A stretch of DNA of 63,621 bases, the filler included, from Bipalium vagum (lineage: Eukaryota), in the NCBI GenBank assembly GCA_037834085.1. It is 3 parts of 3 records of this genome, joined end to end, with 100 filler letters (N's around TTAATTAATTAA, not from the genome) between each part and the next. Parts side by side here need not be neighbours in the genome. Positions count along the whole stretch, not along the records: positions 1 to 15,723 come from JBBMKC010149725.1; 2 more parts are not named here. One strand, given 5' to 3'. The notes below the pieces were generated by a model. That model was not told the origin of the DNA. It saw nothing but the letters and a program-made list of their open reading frames with translations, and made no database searches. Both the position numbers and the translations under genes were made by a program. Of the stretch, positions 1-11,709 are shown in pieces. Numbering within the stretch: position 1 is the stretch's first letter; every line of letters begins with the position of its first letter.

Positions 1-597
1 CAAAAAATTGTCCAAAACTGGAAACACTGTTTGCCAAATATTACACATGGGTATGAACCATGCAACATTTGGAATTTGGATGACAGGTAAATTGTTCCAT
101 GAATATTTGCTTCATTTTAATAATTTTATGATAATAATAGTAGTAATAATAATAAAAAAATAATTATAATATTTTGTTTTGCAACTTAATAATAATAATA
201 AATATTTTTTTAAACAAAATTTTCGCAAGACAAATCCCTCAGTGAGAATTTTCGGCAGATTAGCTAATGGATTCCCTGACAGGATTCCATTAGCCTTAAT
301 GAGTCTATCCCGGTGTGGAGATAGAGTGAATAGCTAATAGAGAAAATAGCCGTCTCTAAGAGTAGGGATTGGTGATTGTAGACCAATAATTTTAATAATT
401 TCAGTTGAAAGCATTTCAAAAAAAATTTTAAGTTTAAAAATTGACAAAAGCTTGCTTTTATAACGAGCGTTCCTTATATAACATGAATAGCTTAATTTTC
501 CTAGGCAATTTTTGTACAAATATATTTCATCTCAATTTGTCCCTTAAAAAGAGGTATTCTTTATAACGATGTCCTCTATAAAAATGTTTTAGTGTAT
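1..597 (+). mobile_element. pogo/Tigger-like DNA transposon remnant
   Basis: YEPCNIWNLD (DETG region) fused to WMTGKLFHEYL near 50-110; Tigger-like subterminal ttataacga motifs at about 457 and 561, ending in tagtgta. Confidence 0.5.
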
Positions 598-690
598 TAA
601 TCAATCTATTATTATATCAATTTGAAGCTTATATTTCGTTTAGTATAGTAATTATCTTAAATTACTTTTGATTTCTAGCCTCTAGAAATC

Positions 691-1787
691 ATGTCAAGCA
701 AGACGAGAAATCGAAATCTTTTTAATTGGAATTTAAAAATGGCCTTAGAGGAGGCAAAACAGTTTCTAAAATTAATACTGCTTTCGGTGAAGGTACAACT
801 AATGAACCAACAGTTCGATGGTGGTTTTCTAAATTCCGTAGCGGAGATGAAAGTATACAAGATGAGAGCACGGAACTCGACCAATATTAGTGGATAACGA
901 TCAACTGAAAGCTGCAATTGAAGCTGACCTCCGGTAAACCACTCATGAACTTGCAGAAGAACTACATGTTAATCATACAACAGTAGTGTGCCATTTAAAA
1001 GAAATAGGTAAGGTGAAAAAAATAGATTTATGGGTACTTCATGAATTGACAGACAAACAAAAATATTATCGTTTAAAAGTCTTGTAGTCTTTTCTCTAAC
1101 GCAACAAAGTCAAACTCTTTTTTGAAAGTATCGTAACATGTGACGGAAAATGGCTTCCTCAAGTCAGTAAAAAACAAATCTAGTCAGTGGGTAGATCACG
1201 GAAAAGCTCCGCAGCATTTCCCTAAGCCAAATTTACACCGAGAAATGTGATGGTGACGATTTGGTGGCCACAAATAGCCTAATAAACTTCAGCTTCTAAA
1301 ACAAAATAAAACGATTACGACGAAGAAACATCTCTAAGAAATTGATGAAATGAACCCCAATCTTCTACGTTTAAACCCGGGATTGGTCAACAGTAAAATG
1401 TCACTCATTCTGCTCGACAATAAGACCACAAGTCTCAAAAATGACTTGTACAAGTTCCACGAATTTGGATTCGAAATTCTACCTCATCCTCTTTACTCAC
1501 AGAACCTCTCGCCTACTGATTATGCTTTTTTTCAAATATCTGAGCTCTTATTCTGGAGAAAACTTCAAGAACCAGAACGATGTAAAAAACTGCCATCAAC
1601 TATTTCGTCGGCTTCAAAAAACCAGACTTTTATTTGATTGGAATAAATAAACTTGTTTCACGATGGGAAACGTGTGCTCTCAATCGAATGATTGTTGTTA
1701 TTTTAATTAAGAAAATTTTGTTACATCTGTCTTATCATCTTAAAGTTAAATGTCAAAAACGACAATTTCTTTTGAACCAACTTAATA
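691..1787 (+). mobile_element. mariner (cecropia-like) defective element
   Basis: GKVKKIDLWVLHEL (WVPHEL), IVTCDGKW, HPLYSQNLSPTDYAFF (YSPDL); right TIR ...tttgaaccaacttaata ends at 1787; frameshifts and stops present. Confidence 0.9.
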
Positions 1788-2220
1788 AATATTATTTTGT
1801 TTCAATTTCTGATGAAAATAGATTTAATTTAATAATTGATGATTACCAAAACCATTTTTTATCGATATTAAAATAAGAAAGAAAATTATTGTAATAAAGT
1901 CTTGCTTGTGTTTATTTTCATCCAGCGATGCAAAAATCGTTTCCAAAGACAATGTTTAAATAAATTTAAAATAATAATTTCTAATATAAAAAATTCAATG
2001 GGCACATTTACAAACCCTGAATATTTATAAAATGCTATGGGGATTCATCAGCAAATACAGCAATCATTTTCTTGTTATGAGACAATGTTAACAGTCGTCA
2101 GATGGGTGTGTGTTTCCACAAATTATTATTAAGAATAGAAAGAAAACTTTGTATTGTTCAGTAAAATATATACATCGAAGCTCTCCAATACTCTTCTGTT
2201 TTTCTAAGTCGATTTTTACT

Positions 2221-3075
2221 ATGAAAAATGTAAATAAGTTCATGATACTATGGTTCCTCATCTTTATACTGGCTATCATCATTCTCATTTGGTACAGGAA
2301 TTATGATCTTAAATTATTTCAAACAAGACCCAACATCAAACCTGTTGTCCGAAAACCAAAAATTACCGATAACGTCAGGAGAATCATTCATCAATCTTGG
2401 AAAAACAGAGACATTCCAGATATATTCAGAAATTATTCCAAATCCTGGACGGATTACTGTTTCAAGAATTGGACGTACATGTTTTGGACAGATGAAGATA
2501 ATCTGAACTTTATTAAGAACAATTATCCATGGTTTCTCAATAGATATAATAGTTTACCGAGTCATATTTATCGTGCCGATGTTATGAGATTTTTTTATTT
2601 ATTTCATTACGGTGGAATTTATACGGATATGGACAATGAATGCCTGAAATCTTTTGATCATTTATTGATGAACCATTCAATTGTTTTTGGAGCAATGAAA
2701 GGTCAATTTGGTGGTACGACACTCAAGGAAGGTTATGTTCAAAATTCCTTTATGTATTCGCGACCTAAACATGAGTTTTGGTTGGAAATTATTATCGAAA
2801 TTTTGGTTGCTGATAAAAAACATGAGCCCCCGGAAATTATGACGGGACCAGTTCTATTGTCTATGTACATACAAAAATATATAAATCGCATGAAAAATAA
2901 TGACATCATAGTTTATATGCCAAATTATTTTAATCCATTCAGTTGGCTGCATGGAGATGATCCAAATTGTAAGACCCACAACAGAATGACAAATCAGGAA
3001 TACCAGAAATGCAGGTTATCAATGGTTAAAAGAGGCTCATATGTTGTACAATACCATGCACATACTTGGGGATAA
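2221..3075 (+). CDS. Glycosyltransferase family 32 (Gly_transf_sug DXD; SUR1/CSH1/OCH1-like), single exon, type II membrane protein, 284 aa
   Basis: Intact ORF from ATG 2221 (the track start at 2110 is GTG). N-terminal TM helix FMILWFLIFILAIIILIWY; RRIIHQSWK (IPKIIHQTW motif); YRADVMRFFYLFHYGGIYTDMD (DXD); TGP motif; C-terminal HAHTWG. Confidence 0.88.
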   Translation: MKNVNKFMILWFLIFILAIIILIWYRNYDLKLFQTRPNIKPVVRKPKITDNVRRIIHQSWKNRDIPDIFRNYSKSWTDYCFKNWTYMFWTDEDNLNFIKNNYPWFLNRYNSLPSHIYRADVMRFFYLFHYGGIYTDMDNECLKSFDHLLMNHSIVFGAMKGQFGGTTLKEGYVQNSFMYSRPKHEFWLEIIIEILVADKKHEPPEIMTGPVLLSMYIQKYINRMKNNDIIVYMPNYFNPFSWLHGDDPNCKTHNRMTNQEYQKCRLSMVKRGSYVVQYHAHTWG

Positions 3076-5067
3076 GGTTGGGCTTAGACAATGTTAAATT
3101 ATTTTTTTAAAAGATAGATATATATATCATAATGATTATTAACTCTATTTCTTGTACTTGTGATATTTGTCTCAAAGGAATTCAGAAACAAAAGAAAATC
3201 AATGTTTTAATTATTTATTGCCTCAACATACATTGCTTATAAATGTTATTGTTAAAATTTTGTATTGTTAAAATATTTTGTAAATCCCACAATACAAAGT
3301 TGGAAGAAGCCACTGTACTTGCAGAAATTTGGATTTTGGAAATTTTAGTCATTTTTCAATTTACTTCAGGAATAATTCTGGACAAAATTCTATGATAATG
3401 CTAGGCAAGTCATAAAAATTTTCGTTGTTCAATTGCCATCCGGCATTATCAGTTTATTCACGAACAAATTGATAATAAAAACAATTAATTTAATTTGGGA
3501 TCAGGAATATCATGTATGATTAGTGATAAAAAGAATATATACATAAATATATCCTTTTATGTCACAGAAAATTTTATTTATTTATTTATTTATGTCGTTT
3601 TATATTATTTATAATTAAGTTTGATCTGTATTGTTGGACTTTTGTGTCTTAAAAGAATTTAATAAATTATTTTTATTGGTGTTACAGATCTATTTCTACT
3701 TTCATATTTTATTAAACTTCAAAATAATTATATAATAATTTTGATTGAAAAACTATTTTATTTATTTAAATTAGAATAATAAATAAATTATTAATAAAGT
3801 GAATTTTATTTTTAAAAAATCTATTTCTATTTTAAAATAATTACTATTTCGAATATTTAATTTTTATTTATATTTTTTCTATAATTAATATTATATATAT
3901 ATTATATTATGATATTAATAAAATAAAGTAAATTAATTTAAACAGATAATGAAATAAAAATATAAATAAAGCTTGAGAACCAAGGATTTCTATTTAAAAT
4001 GGAAAATTTAAGTTTAATCTGTAAAAGAAAATTAAAATTTGTGAAATGTCGATATATAATACACATATGTGGAAATATAATCTTTACTTTAAAAGTAGAA
4101 AATGTAAAAGCAAATCTAGGGCGTATAATTATTTCTGTTATTAAAAATCAATATATGAATTATAATAATTGTTCCTTTTTTGTCATTTTGATTATTATTA
4201 TTTATAATTTTTTCTACAATACTATTTACAATGAAACGAATGTTAATTAAATTTGTTTTAAATGATTATTTTCACATATTTCTAATTTTTCGAAATGGTA
4301 CCTGTTCAAACCAAGTAGGACTCATTTATTATATTTTATTTAATGAAAGAATTGGTGGTTTTAATTTTAAGATAAATCGATTATATTAAAAAAATTATTG
4401 AATTTTATTTGAAATGATTTACAATATTTTTAACTGTCTTAAAAATTCGATTTATTTATTAATTTTTAATTTATCAATTATCAATTTTTTTATTAATTAT
4501 ATTTTTATTAATTTTTTTAATTTCTTAAAATAAATACTAGTAGAATTTATCAAGATTAGAATAACATTTATAAAATCTAATAAATTTTTATTATTTTGGA
4601 GGTTAAATATTTACAATTATTAAAATGTGGGGAATATTGACTAAAATGTTCATAAATGAAGTTTGCTAATGATTAGAAACATTCAACTTCAATTGACACA
4701 TAATCAAAATGTTTTGGTTTGTGCAAAAAAGTTATGTTTAAACTTTCTAATTCAAACAAATAGTGAGTACGGGCGATATTATTTAATATATAAACTTCAA
4801 ATTGTTTAATATTTTAAAAAATAATTCATTTTTAATTTTTAAAAATAAATTAAAATTAAATATTAACTATAATTTAACAAATATTAATTAAAATTTAAAT
4901 CTTGAATAGTATTATTATTAACAAAGTTTAGATTGAGCGAAGATGCCACCAATAATAACTACAAAAGAATTCCTTCAGAATTCTTCGGGGGTCTATGTAA
5001 TCGAAAATTAGAGAACTTTAAATTTTTTATTCCATTCAATATTTAAGATATATTTCCTGTATAAATA

Positions 5068-5161
5068 GTTTTATTGTTGTTGTGATCCTTGGACGGTACA
5101 CTGTCCACTTATTTCTTTTACAATGAGATTGACCAGACATCCTGGACTTCAGAAACCAATT
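5068..5161 (-). pseudogene. Decayed fragment of an ISWI duplicate (SLIDE end and C-tail start)
   Basis: Aligns to 10208-10335 of the ISWI gene. Reads [31 protein letters not shown] versus NWFLKSRTS...[22 protein letters not shown], with two deletions. Confidence 0.8.
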
Positions 5162-6104
5162 TTATTTTCAATAATTGTTACATTATTGATAGACTTGATT
5201 AGTAAACTAAAAGTCAAATTCAAAAATGATTTTCAATATAATTCGATTTTTGAAATCGATTTCTTGTTTTATATTTTTATATTTAGATAAATCCCATTAT
5301 CAAAATCTCTATTTATTTTATACTATTATTGTAATTTTTACTTTCACTATTGATTCAAAACAGTGTGTTATGACAGACATCTTATTGACAAAAGTAATTT
5401 GATATAATTTTTTTTATTTTTTCAGAAAGCCTTTTTTACTCGAATTGATGAAAAATAATTTTTTTAATAATCAGTCATCTGAATTATAAAAATAGTTTTT
5501 CAGATAATGATGAAAAAAACACATTTTTCAGTAATATTATTAAACTTATAAATAAAAATAAACAACATAATATTTTAATTTGTTTAGATCCTGGAATAAA
5601 TTAATTTTATGGGGTTAAGAAAATCAATATCTTTGTGACCAGAAGGATTTACGGATGAACGCTAAAAGCACAAAATATTACTATCAAAATATAAAATGAA
5701 CAGATTAGTGTCTGAAAAAACGCTTTGTTAATAAATCTTTATTGGTAAATGGCACAATAAAATCTCGTACAAGAGTTATTAAATTGAAACTGTCAAGTTT
5801 AGAAATCTTTAGGTATGAACTTCGTTTATTACGCTAAAGTCATCAGAAGTTTGCCAGCTAGCGGCTGTGTAAATTTTAAATAAATAAAAAAAGAATAGGA
5901 AACAACAATAAAATTTAATTGATCCTCGACTAAGGTCGTGCATTTATTTTCAAAAAGTTATAATTATACAAGTCAATCGGTTATGATTACTTGTTATGGT
6001 GAATGAATATATTAGATTAATTAACAGTTAAACTTCTGTGCCGAGATTTCGAACAGAGCTGTTGTATAAATATAATAAAAATATTAAATAGTAGTTACTT
6101 TTAT

Positions 6105-6579
6105 AATATTTATTCCTAATGGTCGTGACGGGTTTCGTTGGGGTCGCTGAACATTTTTTGAAAATGTAAAAAAATTCAAAATAAACTTTAAAATGGTCAA
6201 AAATTAAATTGAACAATGTTAATTTTAAAATAATCAAAGTAATATTGAAAACCTACTAATAATTAGTAACTAACTCCATAAATTTTAATTTAATTTTCAA
6301 TTTTATAATTAAAAATAATTGTTTAAAGGTACAAGGGAAATATGATCTTGTTGCTTATTTTTATGATAAAGATTGGATGACTTTTATGACATTAAATATG
6401 ACTTTTGAAATGTGTTGAATAAATTTTGTATTTTATCACTTTATTTATGCTCGGATGATTGTATTTGTGATTTTTTAATTAAATTTTTAAATATTAAAGA
6501 ATGTTTTTTTGTATTGGGGTCGCGTTCAATTAGTCCCTTCAAAATGTGGTCGCGATTCAAAAAAGTTTGAGAACCACTG
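6105..6579. mobile_element. hAT/Charlie-like non-autonomous element remnant
   Basis: Repeated ggggtcgc/ggtcgcga subterminal motifs at about 6121, 6141, 6516 and 6548; terminus aaaaagtttgagaaccactg. Confidence 0.5.
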
Positions 6580-6639
6580 AGCTACATGTTATTTATGTAG
6601 CAATGCATCATTTGTTTAAATATTAAAATATTGACTCTA

Positions 6640-7370
6640 TTTTTGAATTTCAAAAAATATTTTTTTCAAATTTTGTGATCAAGATAACTTTAACAAAATT
6701 TAAGATAAGAGTGGCTTGAGCGCGAGGGATGCTTGCAAGGAGATATGCGAGTTTGAAAGTGAAGGAATTGTTGCTCAGAGGACTGCTACAAAACAGTTCA
6801 AGCGCTTCAATAATGAAGATTCGAACCTTGAAGACAAGCTACGCTTAGATTGACCTTCACTGGTAGTGGATAATGAGTTGCTTATAATCTTAAAAGATAA
6901 TTTTCTTCAAGTTCATAAGATTTACCTGTAAATGTTCGTGTACATCAAAAAACTGTTTTGAGACATTTACATCAACTAAATTTTATTCACAAAAAAACAC
7001 GACAAGATCCACGCTACCTAAGTGAAGTTGCTTGATAATGCGCTGTGATCGCTTTTGGACTGTTATATCATATATAATATGGATATACTTAATCAATCAT
7101 AACCTGGAGAAACGGTGAGTTCCAAGAAGCCAATATCCGCCTTCAGTCGCACGTCAATCCAGGCTTGTCAGGAAATTCTTGCTGTGTTTCTGGTGGAATT
7201 TTGAAGGAATTCTTCATTATGAGCTGGTTCCAAATTGTCAACAGCTTAATCATTTTTATGATGCACCTAAGCTGAAGTATCTTGTCCTCCTTCGTCGAAA
7301 GTGGCCAATGTTTTACCAGGACAATGCCAAACCTCACACTTCTCGGATAACCAAAGAAAAAAATTGAAAC
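6640..7370 (+). mobile_element. mariner transposase remnant
   Basis: FKRFNNEDSNLEDK, LLCFWWNFEGILHYELVPN, FYQDNAKPHT. Confidence 0.8.
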
Positions 7371-7589
7371 CTGAAATGATTTGAGAGAGCTGCGATTTGA
7401 ATCTGGAGCTGAAATTGAGGTGCTTGTAAAGTGATTTTCGAATCAAAACAAAGACATTGGTACTTTTTCTATTTTTCATCATTTACCTATTAAAATATCA
7501 TTATTGTAGTTTATTTAAATGAATTATAAATAAGTTAAATTTGGTTCATTGAAATTATGGACTATTTACATTTTAATATAAATACATCC

Positions 7590-8620
7590 AAGGTAAGAGC
7601 CTGAACTCACCAATATTTTGGGATTTGACTGAATAAAATTCCTTTTGTGTTGAGAAAATATTCCTGTATTACAATTTTCAAAAATAAATGACGAAAGTTC
7701 TAATATATAAATCTTATGTTTTTTATAAAAATGTTTACGAATTTTCGATTTTCAGTTTCTAACGTATGAAAACTGTTGGGCTTTCCTGCATAAAAATTTT
7801 CAAAAGACTCCTTGACATCCTCAATTGAATAAAGTTGTTTTTTGTTCAAATTATTTTGAGATTGGAATAAATTGAATCAAAAGGACCTACATCTGTTAAG
7901 TGCATAGTGCTCCCCTGCTACCAAACCGAGATACTTTAGTTTGCATATGTGGTTTAGCATTACATCTGTTCACAAATTTTAGTCGTTTCTTTAGCATCGC
8001 CTTTTCTATTTTCCTAGGTGGTGACAATACATCTTCCCATTGGTGGTTTGACCACTTTAAAGCAGTCAGTAGTGATTAATCGCATTTTAATCACACCAAA
8101 TGTATAACATCACATTCTTAGGCTGTAAATCTGGTCATTTTTTGTGATTACTTACGTGGCTAGCGCCATGATCACCAACGTCTAGTGTTTTTGTTGACAA
8201 CTCATTTTTCTTTTCCAGTTATCATGCTCTTCGTAAATGGATCCAATGAATCAAATTTTAAAAGAAAATCATTGAACGTAATCCGATCAGAAATACTCTT
8301 TTATGTCAATTTGTGAGAGACCCAAATATTCTTTCTTTTTTATTCCAAGATATTTTAAGGTCATTGAAACTGTGAAATATTCAATACCCAAGCACTGCGC
8401 TATTTCTCATATCTGGTATGCTTTGATTAAAGTCAAGATTACGTTATCTTCAGTGGTGATAGGGTGACATTTTCAGAAACTATCTCGGAGAGAACAGAAA
8501 TGCGCAAACTATCTCTGACGAATAAGAGTTTATGGCAGGGTCACTGTATACACTACATTTCATGTCGGGCGTAAGTAATATCGCTTTAGGTCTTCAGCTT
8601 GATTTTCTTCATTCATTCTG
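7590..8620 (-). mobile_element. Highly degenerate mariner-like remnant
   Basis: Weak REIA..LGI helix-turn-helix and YSPDLAP-like traces; no intact frame. Confidence 0.4.
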
Positions 8621-9990
8621 GAATTACAAATATTATAAAAAAATTTTATTATACAATTAAACTATCGCCAATTAAATCCGGTTAAAATTTAATAAATTTT
8701 GAATTAATAATTATTATTTGAATAAAATCTGCATTTGAATTTAGTAGTTGAAAATAACGTAGAACCTATTCCATAACCTAATATAAATAATTATTATTAA
8801 AAATAGTGACATAACTCCTAATAATGTTAATAATTGCCACAACAGATAAAAATCAATCCATTATTTCTTTCATGAGCTCTTTTTTTCCTGTTTTCATACA
8901 ATTGATTTTTAGTGATAAAAAATGAACCCCATAAAAATATTATTTGTAAAAGATCGCGTTGAACTAGCCAACTGCTAAAATTGACAGTAAAAATCAGAAT
9001 TGCACACCAAAGGGAATCATAGTTTAATTTTTTGAGTTTTCAGAGACATCATTGATTACTACCTGTGAGCATTAAACAAAACGATTAATTCATATACGAC
9101 ATATAATTAATAGTTAGAAAATACAATACAAAACATCCAAAATATGTACATAACAAGAACATCATCTTTGTTTTGCATTATCCGCTTGCCTATAATGTTT
9201 CAGTTCACATAGAATTCAGATAAAACAGGCATTAAAAACAGTTGAATAAAAAGCTGCAGTCTTCTATTTTCATTAAATCTCCTGATTTCTAAAGTTCAGA
9301 TAATAAATTCATTTAATCAAAATAAATAATGGCACACACAAAATTCGTTAAAAATTTTTAGACTTCTCTTTATTTTAAAGTAGACGAACTTACTTGCCAT
9401 CCCAACACAATTATAAAAATAAATATGTAGTTCGTGTAACAATTTAAGTCAATTTCTCTAGTATAAAATAATGATATTAAAGTAAAATTTTTTATTTAAC
9501 ATTAGATAACGTTGTTCCTAATTTACTGGTTTTGATGTTAGTACTCAACAAAATATTAATAATTTCATTTAAATAATACAAAACTGCTCTCCGTTATTTA
9601 CAAAAATGTTTATTGACAAATTAGTACATCCACCAATTTTGATAACGAATTAAAAAGCGATAGCAAAGTAACACAATTGGTACAGGAAAGCAAAAACTAT
9701 TTGCTCTCAAAATTACAACATACCAAAGAGGAGAAATAAAATTGGAAACAAAGCTACCAGCATAATAAAGAAATACAATAACATATTTGTTACTGGAAAA
9801 GTAATTCACAAGAAATTTGTATAAAATAAATTGATAATAAGAGTTCGATTTTTATTAGGAAATACACAAAAATAACACGCTCACCAATTGACGAAATTAA
9901 ATAAACAAACGATTTATATTTTTAAAAAATACATCCTAATAGAAAATGCATGATATAGATATAATATTTTTCTCCTAATTTTTTGAAATG

Positions 9991-11709
9991 CTAATTCTCT
10001 TGTTGATTATCGATTTCCATTTTTTCACATTTTTCTTCTTGATTTTCCTGATTGACAACATTGGGAACATGGAAAGCATCCACGGCCTCCTTTTCTTTCC
10101 TGAGTTGATTGGAAGTGGCTGAAGACTTTTTCAATCGATTACCACCAGCGCAACCACTGCCACCACCTCCAGCACTAGCAGTTCCACTAGTAGCACTGGT
10201 GTTGCTGGTTTTATTGTTGTTGTGATCCTTGGGCCGCGCGTTGTCTAGCTCACAAATCTCTTTCTCAATCAAATTGATGAGAGTCGTGCAACGTCTCTGC
10301 AATTCTAAAGATGTCCTGGACTTAAGGAACCAATTGAACCGGAACTGGGGAGCTAAGCGAACAGCTAATCGCAAGTTCTCGTACACATTTTCATTGTCAA
10401 TGCCGAACTTTTGAAGCATGCAAATCAAAAAGCGGTCCTCTTCTTCTGAATAATTCTTACCCTTATTGCCGCCATATTGGATTTTCAATTGATGAAATGG
10501 CGATTTGTATTGAGCGATTTTCAAATCCAGAGCTCGTCGAACAATATTCTTCCGCTCTAATTTCGTTTCTCCACGTTCGATTTGAAGCAAATATTTCTCG
10601 AAATCGTTAATTTCCCGGAACCGTTTCCAGAAAACTTGCGAATACTCTTTGACGTCTTGTGCACTTTTCCCGGGAACCTCTTGACAAATTTCGCTCATAC
10701 TTATCCTACCGTGTTTTTCATTGGCTTTAATAAATGCAAGAAAATCCTTTTTCGACCAATTCATAAAACCCTTCAACAACAACGATTCCTTTTCCGCACA
10801 TTCTTCCTCTGTCAAAGGTTCGGCTCGATTGATTTTTGCTTGTTCCAGCAATCGCAGTCGTTTTATTTCTTTGTCTTCTGGCTCCGATAATTTCGGTACT
10901 TTGTAGCCGATGTTTTTGCGGAAAATGTAAATCTCTTTGTCGAGAAGCTCTATCAGCCGAGGAGGAAAGAACTGGAAATCGTGAACAACGGGTTGTTTAG
11001 GAGGACGAGGAGCTTTGTGACCTGATGATTTTGGATCGGTCTGTTTGAGTGCATCCTTAAAATAGAGATCGACCGCATAGTTGGCTTTACGCTCCCGTTT
11101 CGGAGGCTCTATCCAATCAAGTAATGGTTCCTTGACAGACCGATCCTTGTAGTTTTCTCCCTCAAAATTATAGACCGAATAAACAGCACTGCCCTCATCC
11201 GCAATTGTATCGAATGTCAATGATCTCAGACCAGATTCGCCCATGGCGTTCAGTTTTTTGCTCATTTCTGCCGTTCGTTCTTCTCCTCGCGCCAACAAGA
11301 CATCGATGTCTTCGTCTTTTATGTCACTGTCTTTGGATCTGAAAATATAATTGGCACCGTGTTTGATCATTTGGAGCAACTCGCTTTTGCCTAAGTTGTT
11401 GTTTTTCTGTTCCACAAGACGACCCTGTTGAATGACAATATTGTCCAGCCTGAGTTTCATTTCAGCTCGAGCTATGATGCGTTCTTCGACAGTGTTTTCC
11501 GTTATCAGACGAAGGACACGAACGGTTTTTGTCTGACCAATTCGATGGGCTCTATCTTGGGCCTGTAAATCGACTTGAGGATTCCAGTCACTGTCATAAA
11601 TTATGACAACGTCGGCAGAAGTCAAATTGATACCTAAACCACCGGCACGAGTAGACAACATAAATAGGAACTTCGTGGAATTTGGTGCGTTAAACTCGTC
11701 AATGGAAAT
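9991..11709 (-). CDS. ISWI: ISWI last exon (helicase C-lobe, NegC region, HAND-SANT-SLIDE)
   Basis: Acceptor ttgtcctcag precedes [10 protein letters not shown]; contains [12 protein letters not shown] and [21 protein letters not shown]; stop TAG at 9993-9991. Confidence 0.95.
   Translation of the reverse strand: MSIDEFNAPNSTKFLFMLSTRAGGLGINLTSADVVIIYDSDWNPQVDLQAQDRAHRIGQTKTVRVLRLITENTVEERIIARAEMKLRLDNIVIQQGRLVEQKNNNLGKSELLQMIKHGANYIFRSKDSDIKDEDIDVLLARGEERTAEMSKKLNAMGESGLRSLTFDTIADEGSAVYSVYNFEGENYKDRSVKEPLLDWIEPPKRERKANYAVDLYFKDALKQTDPKSSGHKAPRPPKQPVVHDFQFFPPRLIELLDKEIYIFRKNIGYKVPKLSEPEDKEIKRLRLLEQAKINRAEPLTEEECAEKESLLLKGFMNWSKKDFLAFIKANEKHGRISMSEICQEVPGKSAQDVKEYSQVFWKRFREINDFEKYLLQIERGETKLERKNIVRRALDLKIAQYKSPFHQLKIQYGGNKGKNYSEEEDRFLICMLQKFGIDNENVYENLRLAVRLAPQFRFNWFLKSRTSLELQRRCTTLINLIEKEICELDNARPKDHNNNKTSNTSATSGTASAGGGGSGCAGGNRLKKSSATSNQLRKEKEAVDAFHVPNVVNQENQEEKCEKMEIDNQQEN

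Noticed and set aside
2110-2220. N-terminal extension of the GT32 ORF given by the ORF track
   Set aside because: It starts at GTG (prokaryotic rule); ATG 2221 directly precedes the TM anchor.
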